A stretch of DNA of 57,539 nucleotides from Candidatus Pacearchaeota archaeon (GCA_017609085.1 JAFCEO010000002.1:1-57539), one strand, 5' to 3'; numbered from the stretch's first letter, positions 1 through 10,797 are shown. Translations and numbers: made by a program. Notes: generated by a model from the letters alone, not told the origin.

Positions 1-498
<498 letters not shown>

Positions 499-610
499 AT
501 AAAAAATAAAAAAGTGCTGGAGAATGAACTAAATACTGCCTGTCTAGCCAACGTTAGAATACTAAAATTTAACAATAAATTTAAAAATCAAAACAGGCTC
601 AAAATGTTAA

Positions 611-682
611 GGGCCTGTAGTTCAGTGGTAGAATACCTCGTTTGCACCGAGGAGATCCTGGGTTCGAATCCCAGCAGGTCCA
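611..682 (+). tRNA. tRNA-Ala(TGC) in the 16S-23S spacer
   Basis: Cloverleaf: GGGCCTG/CAGGTCC acceptor with G3:U70, anticodon arm CCTCG-TT-TGC-AC-CGAGG, GGTTCGAATCC T-arm. Confidence 0.97.
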
Positions 683-762
683 TTTTATTCTAAAAATGGA
701 CAACAAATTGCATTAAAAATCAAACAAATATCAAATAACAAATCATATTCATCAAAGATAAA

Positions 763-790
763 ATGGTGTGTTAGCTTGCTAACATATCAT
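763..790 (+). other. 12-bp RNA hairpin in the 23S leader
   Basis: ATGGTGTGTTAG-CTTG-CTAACATATCAT; two G-U pairs work only on the + strand transcript. Confidence 0.7.
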
Positions 791-813
791 GCTGAGACAT
801 AGTCAATGAGGTA

Positions 814-832
814 AGCAGACAAAAGCTCTTAG
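814..832 (+). repeat. 5' arm of the 23S processing stem
   Basis: AGCAGACAAAAGCTCTTAG is the exact reverse complement of 3670-3688. Confidence 0.9.
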
Positions 833-3669
833 TCTTCCTTTGATGCTGTTAGACGGATAGCTCGGTTTGGGCTGTGAAGAAGGACGTGGCAAGCTGCGAA
901 AAGTTAGGGGGAGTCGCAAGCAGACCTTGATCCCTAAATCTCCGAATGTGTAACACTTCCTTTTTGGAAATTCCGAGAGGAAGAGCTACGCCGGGAATTG
1001 AAACATCTTAGTACCGGCAGGAAAAGAAAACAAATAGTGATGTCCTTAGTAGCAGCGAGCGAACAGGACAGAGGGCAAACCGAATCTCTCTCGAAAGAGA
1101 GTAAGAGATGTGGTGAGCATTAACTCCTAAGTAAGCGAATCGAACTTCTCTGGAAAGAGAGGCCTTAGAGGGTGATAGCCCCGTAGATGAAGCTTATATG
1201 GAGTTGCTCAAGAGAGTAGGGCCTCCCGGATTGGAGGTCTGAATATGGCAGGATTAACTGCCAACCCTAAATATAGGTCCAAGTCCGATAGCGCATTAGT
1301 ACCGCGAGGGAAAGCTGAAAAGAACTCTTGGCAGAGAGTTAAAAGACTTGAAATCTAACAGCTACAGATTGTTACTGCTCTGCTCACTTTCTAAGTGAGG
1401 GGGTTGTAACGTACGTTTTGAAAAACGGGCCAGGGAGTTTACCTAAGTGGCGAGGTTAATCTTTTAAAAGAGGAGCCGTAGCGAAAGCGAGTCTGAAAGG
1501 GCGATATAGTCACTTGGGTAAGACCCGAAGCCAAGTGATCTACTCCTGGGCAAGGTGAAGCTCCCCGAAAGGGGAGTGGAGGCCTGAACCGGTCCTGCGG
1601 GCATGCGGTCGGATGACCTGGGAGTAGGGGTGAAAAGCCACTCTAACTTGGCGATGGCTGGTTCCTGCTGAAATATGCCTAAGTATAGCCTTGTCTTGCT
1701 TGTTAGCGAGGTAAAGTACGGATAGTTTGTGCAGAGCGCTCTTGCTACGGCAAACTTTCCAACTCAGAACTTGCTAACTGCAGGACAGGAGTGAGGGGCG
1801 CCGCGTAAGGTGGTGTTCCGAGACCCGAACAAGGGAGACTATGGTTAAGGTCCCAAAATTCATGCTAAGTGTACCAAAAGGTGTCTTGAACCTGAGACAG
1901 TAGGGATGTAGGCTTAGAAGCAGCCACCATTTAAAGAAAGCGTAACAGCTCACCTATCGAGGTTCAGGGCCCTGAAAATGGACGGGGCTAAGCATGATAC
2001 CGATACCATAGGCATACTCTTTTCGAGTATTGCGGTAAGCAGGCGTCTTTTTCGCGTAGAAGCCTTTTCTAAAGAAAGGGTGGAGCGAAAAGGAATGAGA
2101 ATCCTGGCGGAAGTAAGATCAAATCTCTCTGAGAACGAGAGATGTCGTAAGGGCAAGGTTTCCTCGGCAATAACAATTAACCGAGGGTTAGTCAGCTCCT
2201 AAGTTGCACCTTAACCGAGTGCAGCGATGGGCAACAGGTTAATATTCCTGTACCGTGTAAATTCGTTTAGTGCACGATCTGCTTTCGGATAGGCGTGCTT
2301 CCGAGAGGGAGTTCATGCAGAGAAGACTGTGGATCGTAATGAGTAGAAGCAGTCGAATCTGTATGATGAATAAACGCCGATTCCAAGAGTCCATGAAAAA
2401 ATCGTGCATAGAATTTACATGGCTGTACCGAGATTCAACACAAATGCCCTAGCTGAGAAGGCTAAGACATGAAAGTTTAAACTGGTTAAGGGAATTCGGC
2501 AAATTGGCCCTTTAGCTTCGGTAGAAGGGGTGTCTATCTTTGTGTCTTGTTGAAAAATGAGACGCATTGGTAGATCTCAGTGACAAGGACGGTTCGACTG
2601 TTTACCAAAAACATAGCCGGTTGCTAACCCGAAAGGGCTTGTATAACCGGTGAGACCTGCCCAGTGGTGGTGTTTAAAACTGCTTTCCAAGGCAGCTAAG
2701 ACCCATCAAACGGCGGGCCTAATTCCTGAGGCTCTTAAGGTAGCGCAATACCCTGTCGTCTGAATGGCGACTTGCATGAATGGTTCAACGAAATCGTCAC
2801 TGTCCCTAACCAGAAACTTCCGAACTCACTGTCTGGTGAAAATGCCAGAGACGCCTAGTGGGAAGCTAAGACCTTGTGGACCTTTACTGCAACTTGTTGT
2901 TGTAGCTTTACGTGAGATACATAGAATAGGTAGGAGCTATGAAGTTAGGCTTTGGCCGAAACAGAGCAACAGTGTAATACTACCTATCTTTTGTAAAGTT
3001 ACTAACTCGCAAGAGGACAGCAGCAGGCGGGCAGTTTGGCTGGGGCGGCACCCTGGAGAAAAGATATCTCTAGGGCCCAAAGACAAGCTCATCCGGGTTG
3101 GAAATCTGGAGTAGAGTGCAAGGGCAAAAGCTTGTCTGACTGGTTTTTGAAAAGCAAAAAAACCAGGACTGAAAGGTTGGCCTAGCGAACCCACAATGAC
3201 TTTTAATAGGTCATGTGGATGACAGAAAAGGTACCCCAAGGATAACTGGCTAGTCGCGCCCGATAGTTCACATTGACGGCGCGGTTTGGTACACCGCTGT
3301 CGGCTCTTCCTATCCTGGTTGTGCATAAGCAACCAAGGGTGTCGGAGTTCACGCATTAAAAGGAATCGTTAGCTGGGTTAAGATCGTCGTGAGACAGATT
3401 GTATGATATCTACTAGGCGTGTTGTTGTCTGAGTGGAACGACCCTGTAGTACGAGAGGAACCAGGGTTGGGAGCCTCTGGTGTAGCGGTTGTTACGAGCA
3501 GGCCGCGTAGCTACGCTCCATGTGGATAAGTGCTGAAAGCATCTAAGCACGAAGCCACCCGCAAAACGAGACAACAAAGGCCCACGAAGAAGACGTGGTT
3601 GATAGAGTTGGGGTGTAAGCTTTAAGCTTCGGCGAGAAGTTCAGCCCACAACTACTAAAAGCCTCATCG
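833..3669 (+). rRNA. rrl: 23S rRNA (ends approximate)
   Basis: GAATTGAAACATCTTAGTACC, P-loop GGCTGGGGCGG, GGATAAC, sarcin-ricin loop AGTACGAGAGGAACC, GCTGAAAGCATCTAAG; bracketed by a 19-bp inverted repeat. Confidence 0.97.
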
Positions 3670-3688
3670 CTAAGAGCTTTTGTCTGCT
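3670..3688 (+). repeat. 3' arm of the 23S processing stem
   Basis: CTAAGAGCTTTTGTCTGCT pairs perfectly with 814-832. Confidence 0.9.
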
Positions 3689-3710
3689 GAAATTCTATAT
3701 TTGATGTACA

Positions 3711-4157
3711 ATGAAAATAAAAATAAAAAAAATTGAAAAAGATGCTATCCTTCCCCATTATGCTCATGAAGGCGATGCGGGAATGGATGTTTATTCTTGT
3801 GAAGATTGTGTAATCAAGCCGGGAGAAAGAAAACTCGTTAGAACTGGCTTATGTTTTGAAATTCCAAAAGGCTATGAAATTCAAATTAGGCCGAAATCTG
3901 GACTAGCTTTAAATTACGGGATAACTGTTCTTAATACACCTGGAACGCTCGATTCTGGTTATAGAGGAGAACTGAAAATAATTTTATTTAATACTGGAAA
4001 GGAGGAATATAAAATAAAAAAAGGTCAAAAAATTTCTCAAATAGTTCTTTCAAAATATGAAGAAGCTGAAATCGAAGAAGTTTCGGAATTAAGTAACACA
4101 CGAAGAGGAGAAAACGGGTTCGGTTCTACTGGATTGGAAGCTAAAAATCAAATTTAA
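3711..4157 (+). CDS. dut: dUTP diphosphatase (trimeric dUTPase)
   Basis: Motifs GDAGMD, RPKSGLA, GTLDSGYRGE, RGENGFGSTG. Confidence 0.95.
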   Translation: MKIKIKKIEKDAILPHYAHEGDAGMDVYSCEDCVIKPGERKLVRTGLCFEIPKGYEIQIRPKSGLALNYGITVLNTPGTLDSGYRGELKIILFNTGKEEYKIKKGQKISQIVLSKYEEAEIEEVSELSNTRRGENGFGSTGLEAKNQI

Positions 4158-4427
4158 TTAAAATTGAATAATAATTTTATAATCGAGAACACGAACTTTT
4201 TTTAAAAAATTCGAACATCGTGCTGATACTATCAAAAAAGAAAAAAGATTTATCGATTATTTATTGAAGGGAGAAGATTATTCCATCCACATCAGCAATA
4301 ATAGAAGCAAAAAATTTAGGAATATAAAATACTCCGAAATTAACAAAAGGCTGGAATAATTCCACTTACTCAACAATGCATCAAGATAGATCTTAATGAT
4401 AATAATAAAAAAGAGAAAGATGAAAGA

Positions 4428-4568
4428 ATGGCAAAAATAAAGGTAAAAAAACATAAAAGATGTATAAGATATCCTTCTGGTAGAATTAAAAAATGTGTTC
4501 CTGTTAAATCTCATAAAAGAAAGAAGCCAAAGAAAAGAAGTATTTGGAGAGATATCTTAGGAGCTTAA
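4428..4568 (+). CDS. Small basic protein, 46 aa (below ORF-track cutoff)
   Basis: Manual translation MAKIKVKKHKRCIRYPSGRIKKCVPVKSHKRKKPKKRSIWRDILGA; stop lies 1 nt before the ATG of the PIN gene. Confidence 0.6.
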   Translation: MAKIKVKKHKRCIRYPSGRIKKCVPVKSHKRKKPKKRSIWRDILGA

Positions 4569-4569
4569 A

Positions 4570-5178
4570 ATGCCTGATAGATTCTTTATTGATTCTTCAG
4601 TCATGGCTAATTATCTCTTGATTAAGTTATTGGCAATAGATGAAAAAATACCAAATGATAGAATAAAAGAAGAAGTATTTAAAGAAAAAATAACTCCTGG
4701 ACTTAAAAGAGCCTATTCTTCATACGAACTTATAGAAAAAATTAAAGAACTAAAAAAACCGAAAATGTTCTTTACATCTTCTTTAGCCTTATCAGAAACT
4801 ATTTCTGTTGTATATGATAATTATATTTTATCTCATATGAAAAAAGAAAGAATACCCATAAAATATTTTTTCCAATATAAAGAATATATAAGAATGCCTT
4901 CTCGTTATTTATCAAGAGTTGCAAAAGAGGCGATTTCTTTTTATTTAGAGATAAAGAATAAAATTACCTTCACAGAAGACTCTTTTATACAACTTGTAAC
5001 AGAATTAATAAGTAAGTTTAAATGTGATACACATGATTCTTTCCTATTAGGTCAAGCATGGAGAAAGAAATGTAATTATTTTGTTACAACAGATAAAAGA
5101 TTAAAAGATAAATTAAAAAAGAGAAAAAAACCTAAATTAATTTATCCACAAGAAGCACTAAATTTCCTCAAAAAATAA
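4570..5178 (+). CDS. PIN-domain (VapC-like) nuclease
   Basis: N-terminal FFIDSSV, central E (LSET), DTHD and C-terminal FVTTDKRL acidic pattern. Confidence 0.8.
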   Translation: MPDRFFIDSSVMANYLLIKLLAIDEKIPNDRIKEEVFKEKITPGLKRAYSSYELIEKIKELKKPKMFFTSSLALSETISVVYDNYILSHMKKERIPIKYFFQYKEYIRMPSRYLSRVAKEAISFYLEIKNKITFTEDSFIQLVTELISKFKCDTHDSFLLGQAWRKKCNYFVTTDKRLKDKLKKRKKPKLIYPQEALNFLKK

Positions 5179-5268
5179 AACTATTATAAAAATCTATCTA
5201 CCAACCGATAACTTTACAGAACCTTAAGATAGTTACTTTTTTAAATTAAAAAATATTAACGCAGATGT

Positions 5269-5401
5269 GCGGGGATGCCGGAGTGGCCAAACGGGCAGGT
5301 TAATCTGTTTTAGATTATGCCAAACTTAAGGTCTCCGGATCCGGAAAAAAAGGAAATCCTGTGGCTTAGTGCCTGCGAAGGTTCGAATCCTTCTCCCCGC
5401 A
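5269..5401 (+). tRNA. tRNA-Leu(TAA) with two introns (5300-5323 at 30/31; 5331-5355 at 37/38)
   Basis: Removing both introns gives CAGGA-CT-TAA-GA-TCCTG, a long variable arm and a GCGGGGA/TCCCCGC acceptor; intron 1 has bulges flanking a perfect GGCA/TGCC helix. Confidence 0.9.
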
Positions 5402-5452
5402 TTTAAAGGAATATTTAAATAAGTATCTTTCTTCTGTCAATAAAAGGGGAAA

Positions 5453-6613
5453 ATGAAAACTTTAAGAGATTTTAATTTTAAAAATAAAGTAGTCCTTTTA
5501 AGAGCAGATTTGAATTCCGATGTGAAAAATAGGAGAATTATTCTTTCTGAAAGAATAAAGCAAAGCGTAAAAACAATAAAGCAACTAAAAAAGAAAGGGG
5601 CCAAAGTTGTAATTGTGGCTCATCAAGGAAGACCTGGAAAGTTAGATTTTTTATCTCTGAAACAACATGGAAAGTTTTTAAATAAATTCACTAAAGTTAA
5701 GTTTGTGCCGGACATAGTTGGAAAAAAAGCGGAAAAAGAAATAAAAAAATTAAAATCTGGGGAAGCTATACTTCTTGAAAATATAAGATATGAAAAAGAT
5801 GAATTTAAACCTGAAAAAGGAAAAAAGAATAAGTTATATAGGCTGGTAGAATTGGCTGATATTTATGTCAATGATGCTTTTTCTGTTTGCCATAGAAAAC
5901 AAGCGTCAATAGTTTTATTCCCCAAATATCTTCCAAGTTTTGCAGGCCCGCTTCTTGAAAAAGAAATCAACGCCTTAAAAAAAATTGAAATAAAAAATTG
6001 CCTATATATTTTAGGGGGCGCGAAACCAAGGGACAATATTAAATTATTAAAGAATAATAAAGTGTTAGCCTGTGGTTTGTTTGGGCAATTATGTTTAATT
6101 GCAAAAGGAAAAGATTTGGGGGCGCAAAATAAATATTTACAAAAACAAATTGAAAATTTCGATAGAATTATTAAAAAACTAAAAAATAAATTAAGGAATG
6201 TTGAAACACCTCTTGATTTTGCTATTAAAAAAGGAAACAAAAGAGTCGAATTAAAGCTTGATGAATTCCCAAGTAAATATGAAATTTTTGATATCGGAAG
6301 TGAGACAATAAAAAGATATATTAATGAAATTAAAAAAGCGAAGGCAATCTATATGAAAGGTCCGGCTGGAGATTGTTCGGATAAGAAATTTGCCAAAGGG
6401 ACGTTTTCTATCTTGAAAGCAGTTTCAAACAGCAAAGGATTTTCTGTAATAGGGGGAGGACATTTATCAGACGCTATAGAATCTTCTGGAATTTCAAAAA
6501 AGAAATTTGGACACATTAGTTTATCTGGAGGCGCCCTTCTCAATTATATTGCAGGCGAAAAACTTCCTGGCATAGAAGCGTTAAATAAATCTAAAAATAG
6601 AAATTTATCCTAA
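5453..6613 (+). CDS. pgk: Phosphoglycerate kinase
   Basis: RADLN, AHQGRP, LLENIR, YVNDAFSVCHR, LGGAK, DIG, GGGH motifs. Confidence 0.95.
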   Translation: MKTLRDFNFKNKVVLLRADLNSDVKNRRIILSERIKQSVKTIKQLKKKGAKVVIVAHQGRPGKLDFLSLKQHGKFLNKFTKVKFVPDIVGKKAEKEIKKLKSGEAILLENIRYEKDEFKPEKGKKNKLYRLVELADIYVNDAFSVCHRKQASIVLFPKYLPSFAGPLLEKEINALKKIEIKNCLYILGGAKPRDNIKLLKNNKVLACGLFGQLCLIAKGKDLGAQNKYLQKQIENFDRIIKKLKNKLRNVETPLDFAIKKGNKRVELKLDEFPSKYEIFDIGSETIKRYINEIKKAKAIYMKGPAGDCSDKKFAKGTFSILKAVSNSKGFSVIGGGHLSDAIESSGISKKKFGHISLSGGALLNYIAGEKLPGIEALNKSKNRNLS

Positions 6614-6617
6614 TCAA

Positions 6618-7787
6618 TTAGCCAATTTTTAAAGGAGGGACAATTTCTTTTTCGATATTTAATTTTTCTTTTGTAATCTCTATCATTTTTTTCGATATTA
6701 ATCTATAGTCTAAATTTTTAACAACGTGCTCTCTTGCTTGTTTCCCCATTTTTTCCACTAAATCAGATTCTGTTAAAAGTTTTAAGGTATATTCTCTTAA
6801 ATCATTTATATCTGCCCGATAAGCAAAAGTTTTTGCTTCATCAAATTTCAGAATTTTTTTTGTCTTAAAACCCATCCAAGGATATACCCATTCTTCAGTC
6901 AATACCACCTCTTCTGCAGGTTCAGCTAAAAACCCTGTTTTATTATGAATTATTGTTTCTGAAGGACCCATTTTATTTATAGAAATAACAGGCTTTCCAC
7001 AAGCCATTGCCTCTACTTGAATCATCCCAAAACCTTCTAATCTCGAAGGAGCGGCATAAATATCAGCTGCGTTTAATAAATGAACCATAAATTCTTGAGT
7101 AAACTCATCGTCAATAAAAATAACTTTATCTTTTATTCCGAGTTCCTCAGCAAGTCTTATTTCTTCATTTCTCCACTCACTCGCACATTCACTAGGCCAA
7201 GATTTACAGACATATTTCCAATCTTTAAATTCTTTATCTACTTCTGCTAAAGCTTTCATCATCTCTTGAGCTCCTTTTGATGTTGTATCTCCTCCGACAG
7301 TTAGTATCATTTTCTCATTATCTTTAATATTAAACATTCTCTTTATTTCTCTTTTATAATTTTCATTTTCTAACGGCCTAAACAAATCTGTATCTATCCC
7401 TATATGCATTGGAATTATTTTCTTTACATCCACTCCGTCTCTTTTGTATATCTGTCTAACCCACTCACTTGTCGTAAACATCAAATCCAGCTTGTTAAAT
7501 TCTTCTTGATAATTTGCCACCCAACCATCTGAATTAAACCAAGGAACTGGTTTTATTCCGTATTTTAATGGTTCTTGCACAACTTCTGGAACATTCCCCC
7601 AAAATCCCACTCCAAAACAAACGTCTGGCTTAAAGTGTTTTAAATAGAATTTTTTTTGTAAACTTTCTTTAAAATGGCACGGAACCGCCTCATTCTGAGA
7701 ATTCAAAATTCCCTTATAGAGCAAGTCTCCCTGAAGACTTTGCCCGTCTGGTTCAGGAGGGTAAGCATAAAGTACCAAGCATTTCAT
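6618..7787 (-). CDS. GT4 family glycosyltransferase
   Basis: GIDTDLF, KG, PSRLEGFGMIQVEAMACGKPVI (EX7E) motifs. Confidence 0.9.
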   Translation of the reverse strand: MKCLVLYAYPPEPDGQSLQGDLLYKGILNSQNEAVPCHFKESLQKKFYLKHFKPDVCFGVGFWGNVPEVVQEPLKYGIKPVPWFNSDGWVANYQEEFNKLDLMFTTSEWVRQIYKRDGVDVKKIIPMHIGIDTDLFRPLENENYKREIKRMFNIKDNEKMILTVGGDTTSKGAQEMMKALAEVDKEFKDWKYVCKSWPSECASEWRNEEIRLAEELGIKDKVIFIDDEFTQEFMVHLLNAADIYAAPSRLEGFGMIQVEAMACGKPVISINKMGPSETIIHNKTGFLAEPAEEVVLTEEWVYPWMGFKTKKILKFDEAKTFAYRADINDLREYTLKLLTESDLVEKMGKQAREHVVKNLDYRLISKKMIEITKEKLNIEKEIVPPLKIG

Positions 7788-8003
7788 GTTCTTCTTGGAT
7801 ATCTTGGGTTCCTATTATGTTCTGTTTTTCCGAGAGATTTATTTTTTAAACCCAGATATCTTCTAATTAACCTTTTTTTCTTAAATCAATAAATCAAATA
7901 AGTATATAAATTTATCTACATCTGAATTCAATCAAAATTTTTTCGTAAAAATAAAAAGATTTTTAATTGGAAGAATCTTCTCAAAATAAATAAAAGAGAT
8001 GAA

Positions 8004-8903
8004 ATGAAATTCGATGTTGTAACTTTCGGATCTGCGGTTGTGGATGTTTTTGTAAATACAGATGTAGCTGAAAAAAGAAATCTGATTGCTTATCCAATCG
8101 GAGAAAAAATTTTAATTAAAGATTTAAAATTTGATATTGGTGGGGGAGGAACAAATACTGCGGTTGCTTTTTCAAGACTGGGATTAAAGACAGGATGTAT
8201 ATGCAAAGTTGGAAAGGACGAACAAGGAAGAAGTATACTTAAATTATTGAAAAAAGAAAAGATTAAATTTTTAGGAAAAGAGGGGGAAGGAAAAACAGGT
8301 TACTCCATTATCCTCGATAGTAAAGAAAAAAATAGAACCATTTTAACTTACAAAGGTGTTAATGATAAAATAAGTTTAAAAGATATTAAGAAATTTAAAA
8401 CAAAATGGCTTTATCTTTCTTCTTTGTTAGGAAAAAGTTTGGAAAGTCAGAAAAGATTAGTTTATTTATTAAAAAAAAGAGGAGTAAAGATAGCTTTTAA
8501 TCCGAGCAGTTATTTAATTAAAAAAGAAAATCTGCAAAGAATATTAAAACTAACAGATATCCTAATTTTAAATAAAGAAGAGGCCAAGATGCTAACAAAA
8601 AAAAGAGAGAATCTTCTCGAAAATCTTTATGAACTAATAGCTGAAGAAGGGATAGGGATTATCACAGATAAAAATAGAAAAATTGAGGCTTATGACGGCA
8701 AGAAAAAATATTCTCTTAAGCCGAATAAAATTAAAGTTGTAGAAAGGACTGGTGCAGGAGATGCTTTTGCAGCAGGTTTTGTTGCAGGACAAATTGTTGG
8801 TAAAAGTATCGAAGAAAGTTTGAGTTTAGGACTACGAGAGAGCGAATCTGTAATAAGATATTTTGGTGCTAAAAATAACTTATTAAGAATTAAATTAAAA
8901 TGA
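8004..8903 (+). CDS. PfkB/ribokinase-family carbohydrate kinase
   Basis: GGGGTNTAVAFSRLG, NKEEA and TGAGDAF signatures. Confidence 0.92.
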   Translation: MKFDVVTFGSAVVDVFVNTDVAEKRNLIAYPIGEKILIKDLKFDIGGGGTNTAVAFSRLGLKTGCICKVGKDEQGRSILKLLKKEKIKFLGKEGEGKTGYSIILDSKEKNRTILTYKGVNDKISLKDIKKFKTKWLYLSSLLGKSLESQKRLVYLLKKRGVKIAFNPSSYLIKKENLQRILKLTDILILNKEEAKMLTKKRENLLENLYELIAEEGIGIITDKNRKIEAYDGKKKYSLKPNKIKVVERTGAGDAFAAGFVAGQIVGKSIEESLSLGLRESESVIRYFGAKNNLLRIKLK

Positions 8904-10003
8904 AATTTTTATTATTATATAAAAAAAAGACAGAAGAAAAGAAATATGAAGATAAATTGCTCCTCAAACCTAAAGATTTCAAACCTTCTTTAAGAGCTGT
9001 AAAAATTGACGGCATTTTTAACCCGGCAGCTATAAGGCTCCCTAATAGGGAAATAATGCTCTATGTGAGAGTCGCTGAAAGGCCAATAAGAAAAGGAAAA
9101 AGAGGATGTCCTATTATTGTTGAAAAAGATAAGTATAGATTCGAGAAAAAAACAAATTATGAAATTCTAGGACAGAAAGAGAATGTAATCTATTTAAGAG
9201 ATGGTATTTGTAGGCTATTAAATCTTTCACATTTTAGAAAAGTTATTTTACATAAAAATGGTTTTGAAATTAAAAGAATAAACCAAAGACCTGTCTTTAC
9301 TGGTTTGCCCTCTGATGGAAATTTGGGAGTTGAAGACCCAAGGATAGTCAAAATTGGAAAAAGGTATTTAATGACGTATGTTTCTGTTTCTACCGACAGT
9401 GGAGTTTCAACTTCTTTGGCAATTTCAGAAGATCTTAAGAGTTGGCATAGACAAGGAATAATTTTTAGAGAGCAAAATAAAGATGTTGTTTTATTTCCAG
9501 AAAAAATAAATGGAGAGTATGTCGCTCTGCATCGTCCAGAAGGATTTTTTTCTTTCAACAAACCATCAATATGGATATCTTACTCAAAGGATTTAATTTA
9601 CTGGGGAAGGGACAGGTGCATAGTTCATCCAAGAGATAATGGATGGGACAATGTTAGAATAGGGGCTGGACCACCTCCAATTAAAACAAAAAAAGGGTGG
9701 CTTGTAATATATCATGGCGTAGGGAAAGAATATGGGAGAAGAATTTATAGAGTCGGCTCCTTTTTGTTAGATAAGAAAAATCCTCATAAAGTTATAGCTA
9801 GAACTCCGAAAAAGAAAGCGTTCATAGAACCGGTACAACCTTATGAGAAGAAAGGATATTTAGGCAATGTTGTTTTTCCTACTGGAGCAGTACTGGACTT
9901 AAATGGCAAGGATTTATTGATTTATAGTGGAGGGGCAGATAGCATAATAAGCGTTAAAAAAATTCCTATAAATGATTTTTTAGAACATATGGAATATTAC
10001 TAA
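8900..10003 (+). CDS. GH130-like glycoside phosphorylase/hydrolase
   Basis: FNPAA, GVEDPRI, NKDVVLFPEKING.Y..LHRP, GAGPPPIKT..GWL.IYHG, NVVFPTG. Confidence 0.88.
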   Translation: MKFLLLYKKKTEEKKYEDKLLLKPKDFKPSLRAVKIDGIFNPAAIRLPNREIMLYVRVAERPIRKGKRGCPIIVEKDKYRFEKKTNYEILGQKENVIYLRDGICRLLNLSHFRKVILHKNGFEIKRINQRPVFTGLPSDGNLGVEDPRIVKIGKRYLMTYVSVSTDSGVSTSLAISEDLKSWHRQGIIFREQNKDVVLFPEKINGEYVALHRPEGFFSFNKPSIWISYSKDLIYWGRDRCIVHPRDNGWDNVRIGAGPPPIKTKKGWLVIYHGVGKEYGRRIYRVGSFLLDKKNPHKVIARTPKKKAFIEPVQPYEKKGYLGNVVFPTGAVLDLNGKDLLIYSGGADSIISVKKIPINDFLEHMEYY

Positions 10004-10004
10004 A

Positions 10005-10775
10005 ATGAAAAGAGAGAAAATTGAACTAAACAAAATTCTAAAAAAAGGTAAAGCGTTATTTTTAGCTTATGATCAAGGAATGGAGCACGGACCTACTGAT
10101 TTTAACGATAAAAATGTAAATCCTCTCTACATTCTTGATATAGCAAAAAAGGGCAAATATACTGGAATCATTTTTCAAAAAGGAATTGTAGAAAAATACA
10201 ATGAAGAAATTAAAAAAAGCAAAGTTCCCTTGATTATAAAACTAAATGGAAAAACTAATTTATTTGAAGGTGAACCTATAGCAAGACAATTGTGTACAGT
10301 TGAGGAGGCCATTAAGTTGGGTGCTAAAGCAGTAGGTTATACTATTTACATTGGGAGCGATTACGAAGATGAAATGTTGCAGGAGTTTTCTAAAATTGAG
10401 AGAGAAGCTCATGCAGAAGGTTTGCCTGTAATTGCGTGGATTTATCCGCGTGGAAAGAGTGTAAAGAGGAAAAATAAAGCTAAACTCATGGCTTATGCTT
10501 GTCGTGTTGGCTTAGAAATAGGAGCTGACATAATTAAAATAAAATACGAAGGAACAGAAAAAGATTTAGCATGGGCTGTTAAGTCTGCTGGTAAAACAAA
10601 AGTTGTTATAGCGGGCGGAACAAAGAAGAATGAAAAAATTTTGTTAAAGCAAGTAAGAGAAATAATAAAAGCTGGATGTATTGGTTTAGCTATCGGCAGA
10701 AATGTTTGGCAGAATAAAAATCCTCTCGCTTTAACAGAGAAAATTAAAAAGGTGATTTGGAAAAATAAGATATGA
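10005..10775 (+). CDS. Class I fructose-bisphosphate aldolase (DhnA/FbaB type)
   Basis: AYDQGMEHGP, WIYPRG, GADIIK (Schiff-base Lys), AGG, GRNVWQ. Confidence 0.9.
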   Translation: MKREKIELNKILKKGKALFLAYDQGMEHGPTDFNDKNVNPLYILDIAKKGKYTGIIFQKGIVEKYNEEIKKSKVPLIIKLNGKTNLFEGEPIARQLCTVEEAIKLGAKAVGYTIYIGSDYEDEMLQEFSKIEREAHAEGLPVIAWIYPRGKSVKRKNKAKLMAYACRVGLEIGADIIKIKYEGTEKDLAWAVKSAGKTKVVIAGGTKKNEKILLKQVREIIKAGCIGLAIGRNVWQNKNPLALTEKIKKVIWKNKI

Positions 10776-10797
10776 AAAGAAAATAAAATTAAGTAAA

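Noticed and set aside
4164-4359. Possible + strand frame broken at a T7 run, and the antisense 78-aa ORF 4278-4514
   Set aside because: No ATG or recognisable motif; the antisense ORF overlaps the better-supported 46-aa peptide.
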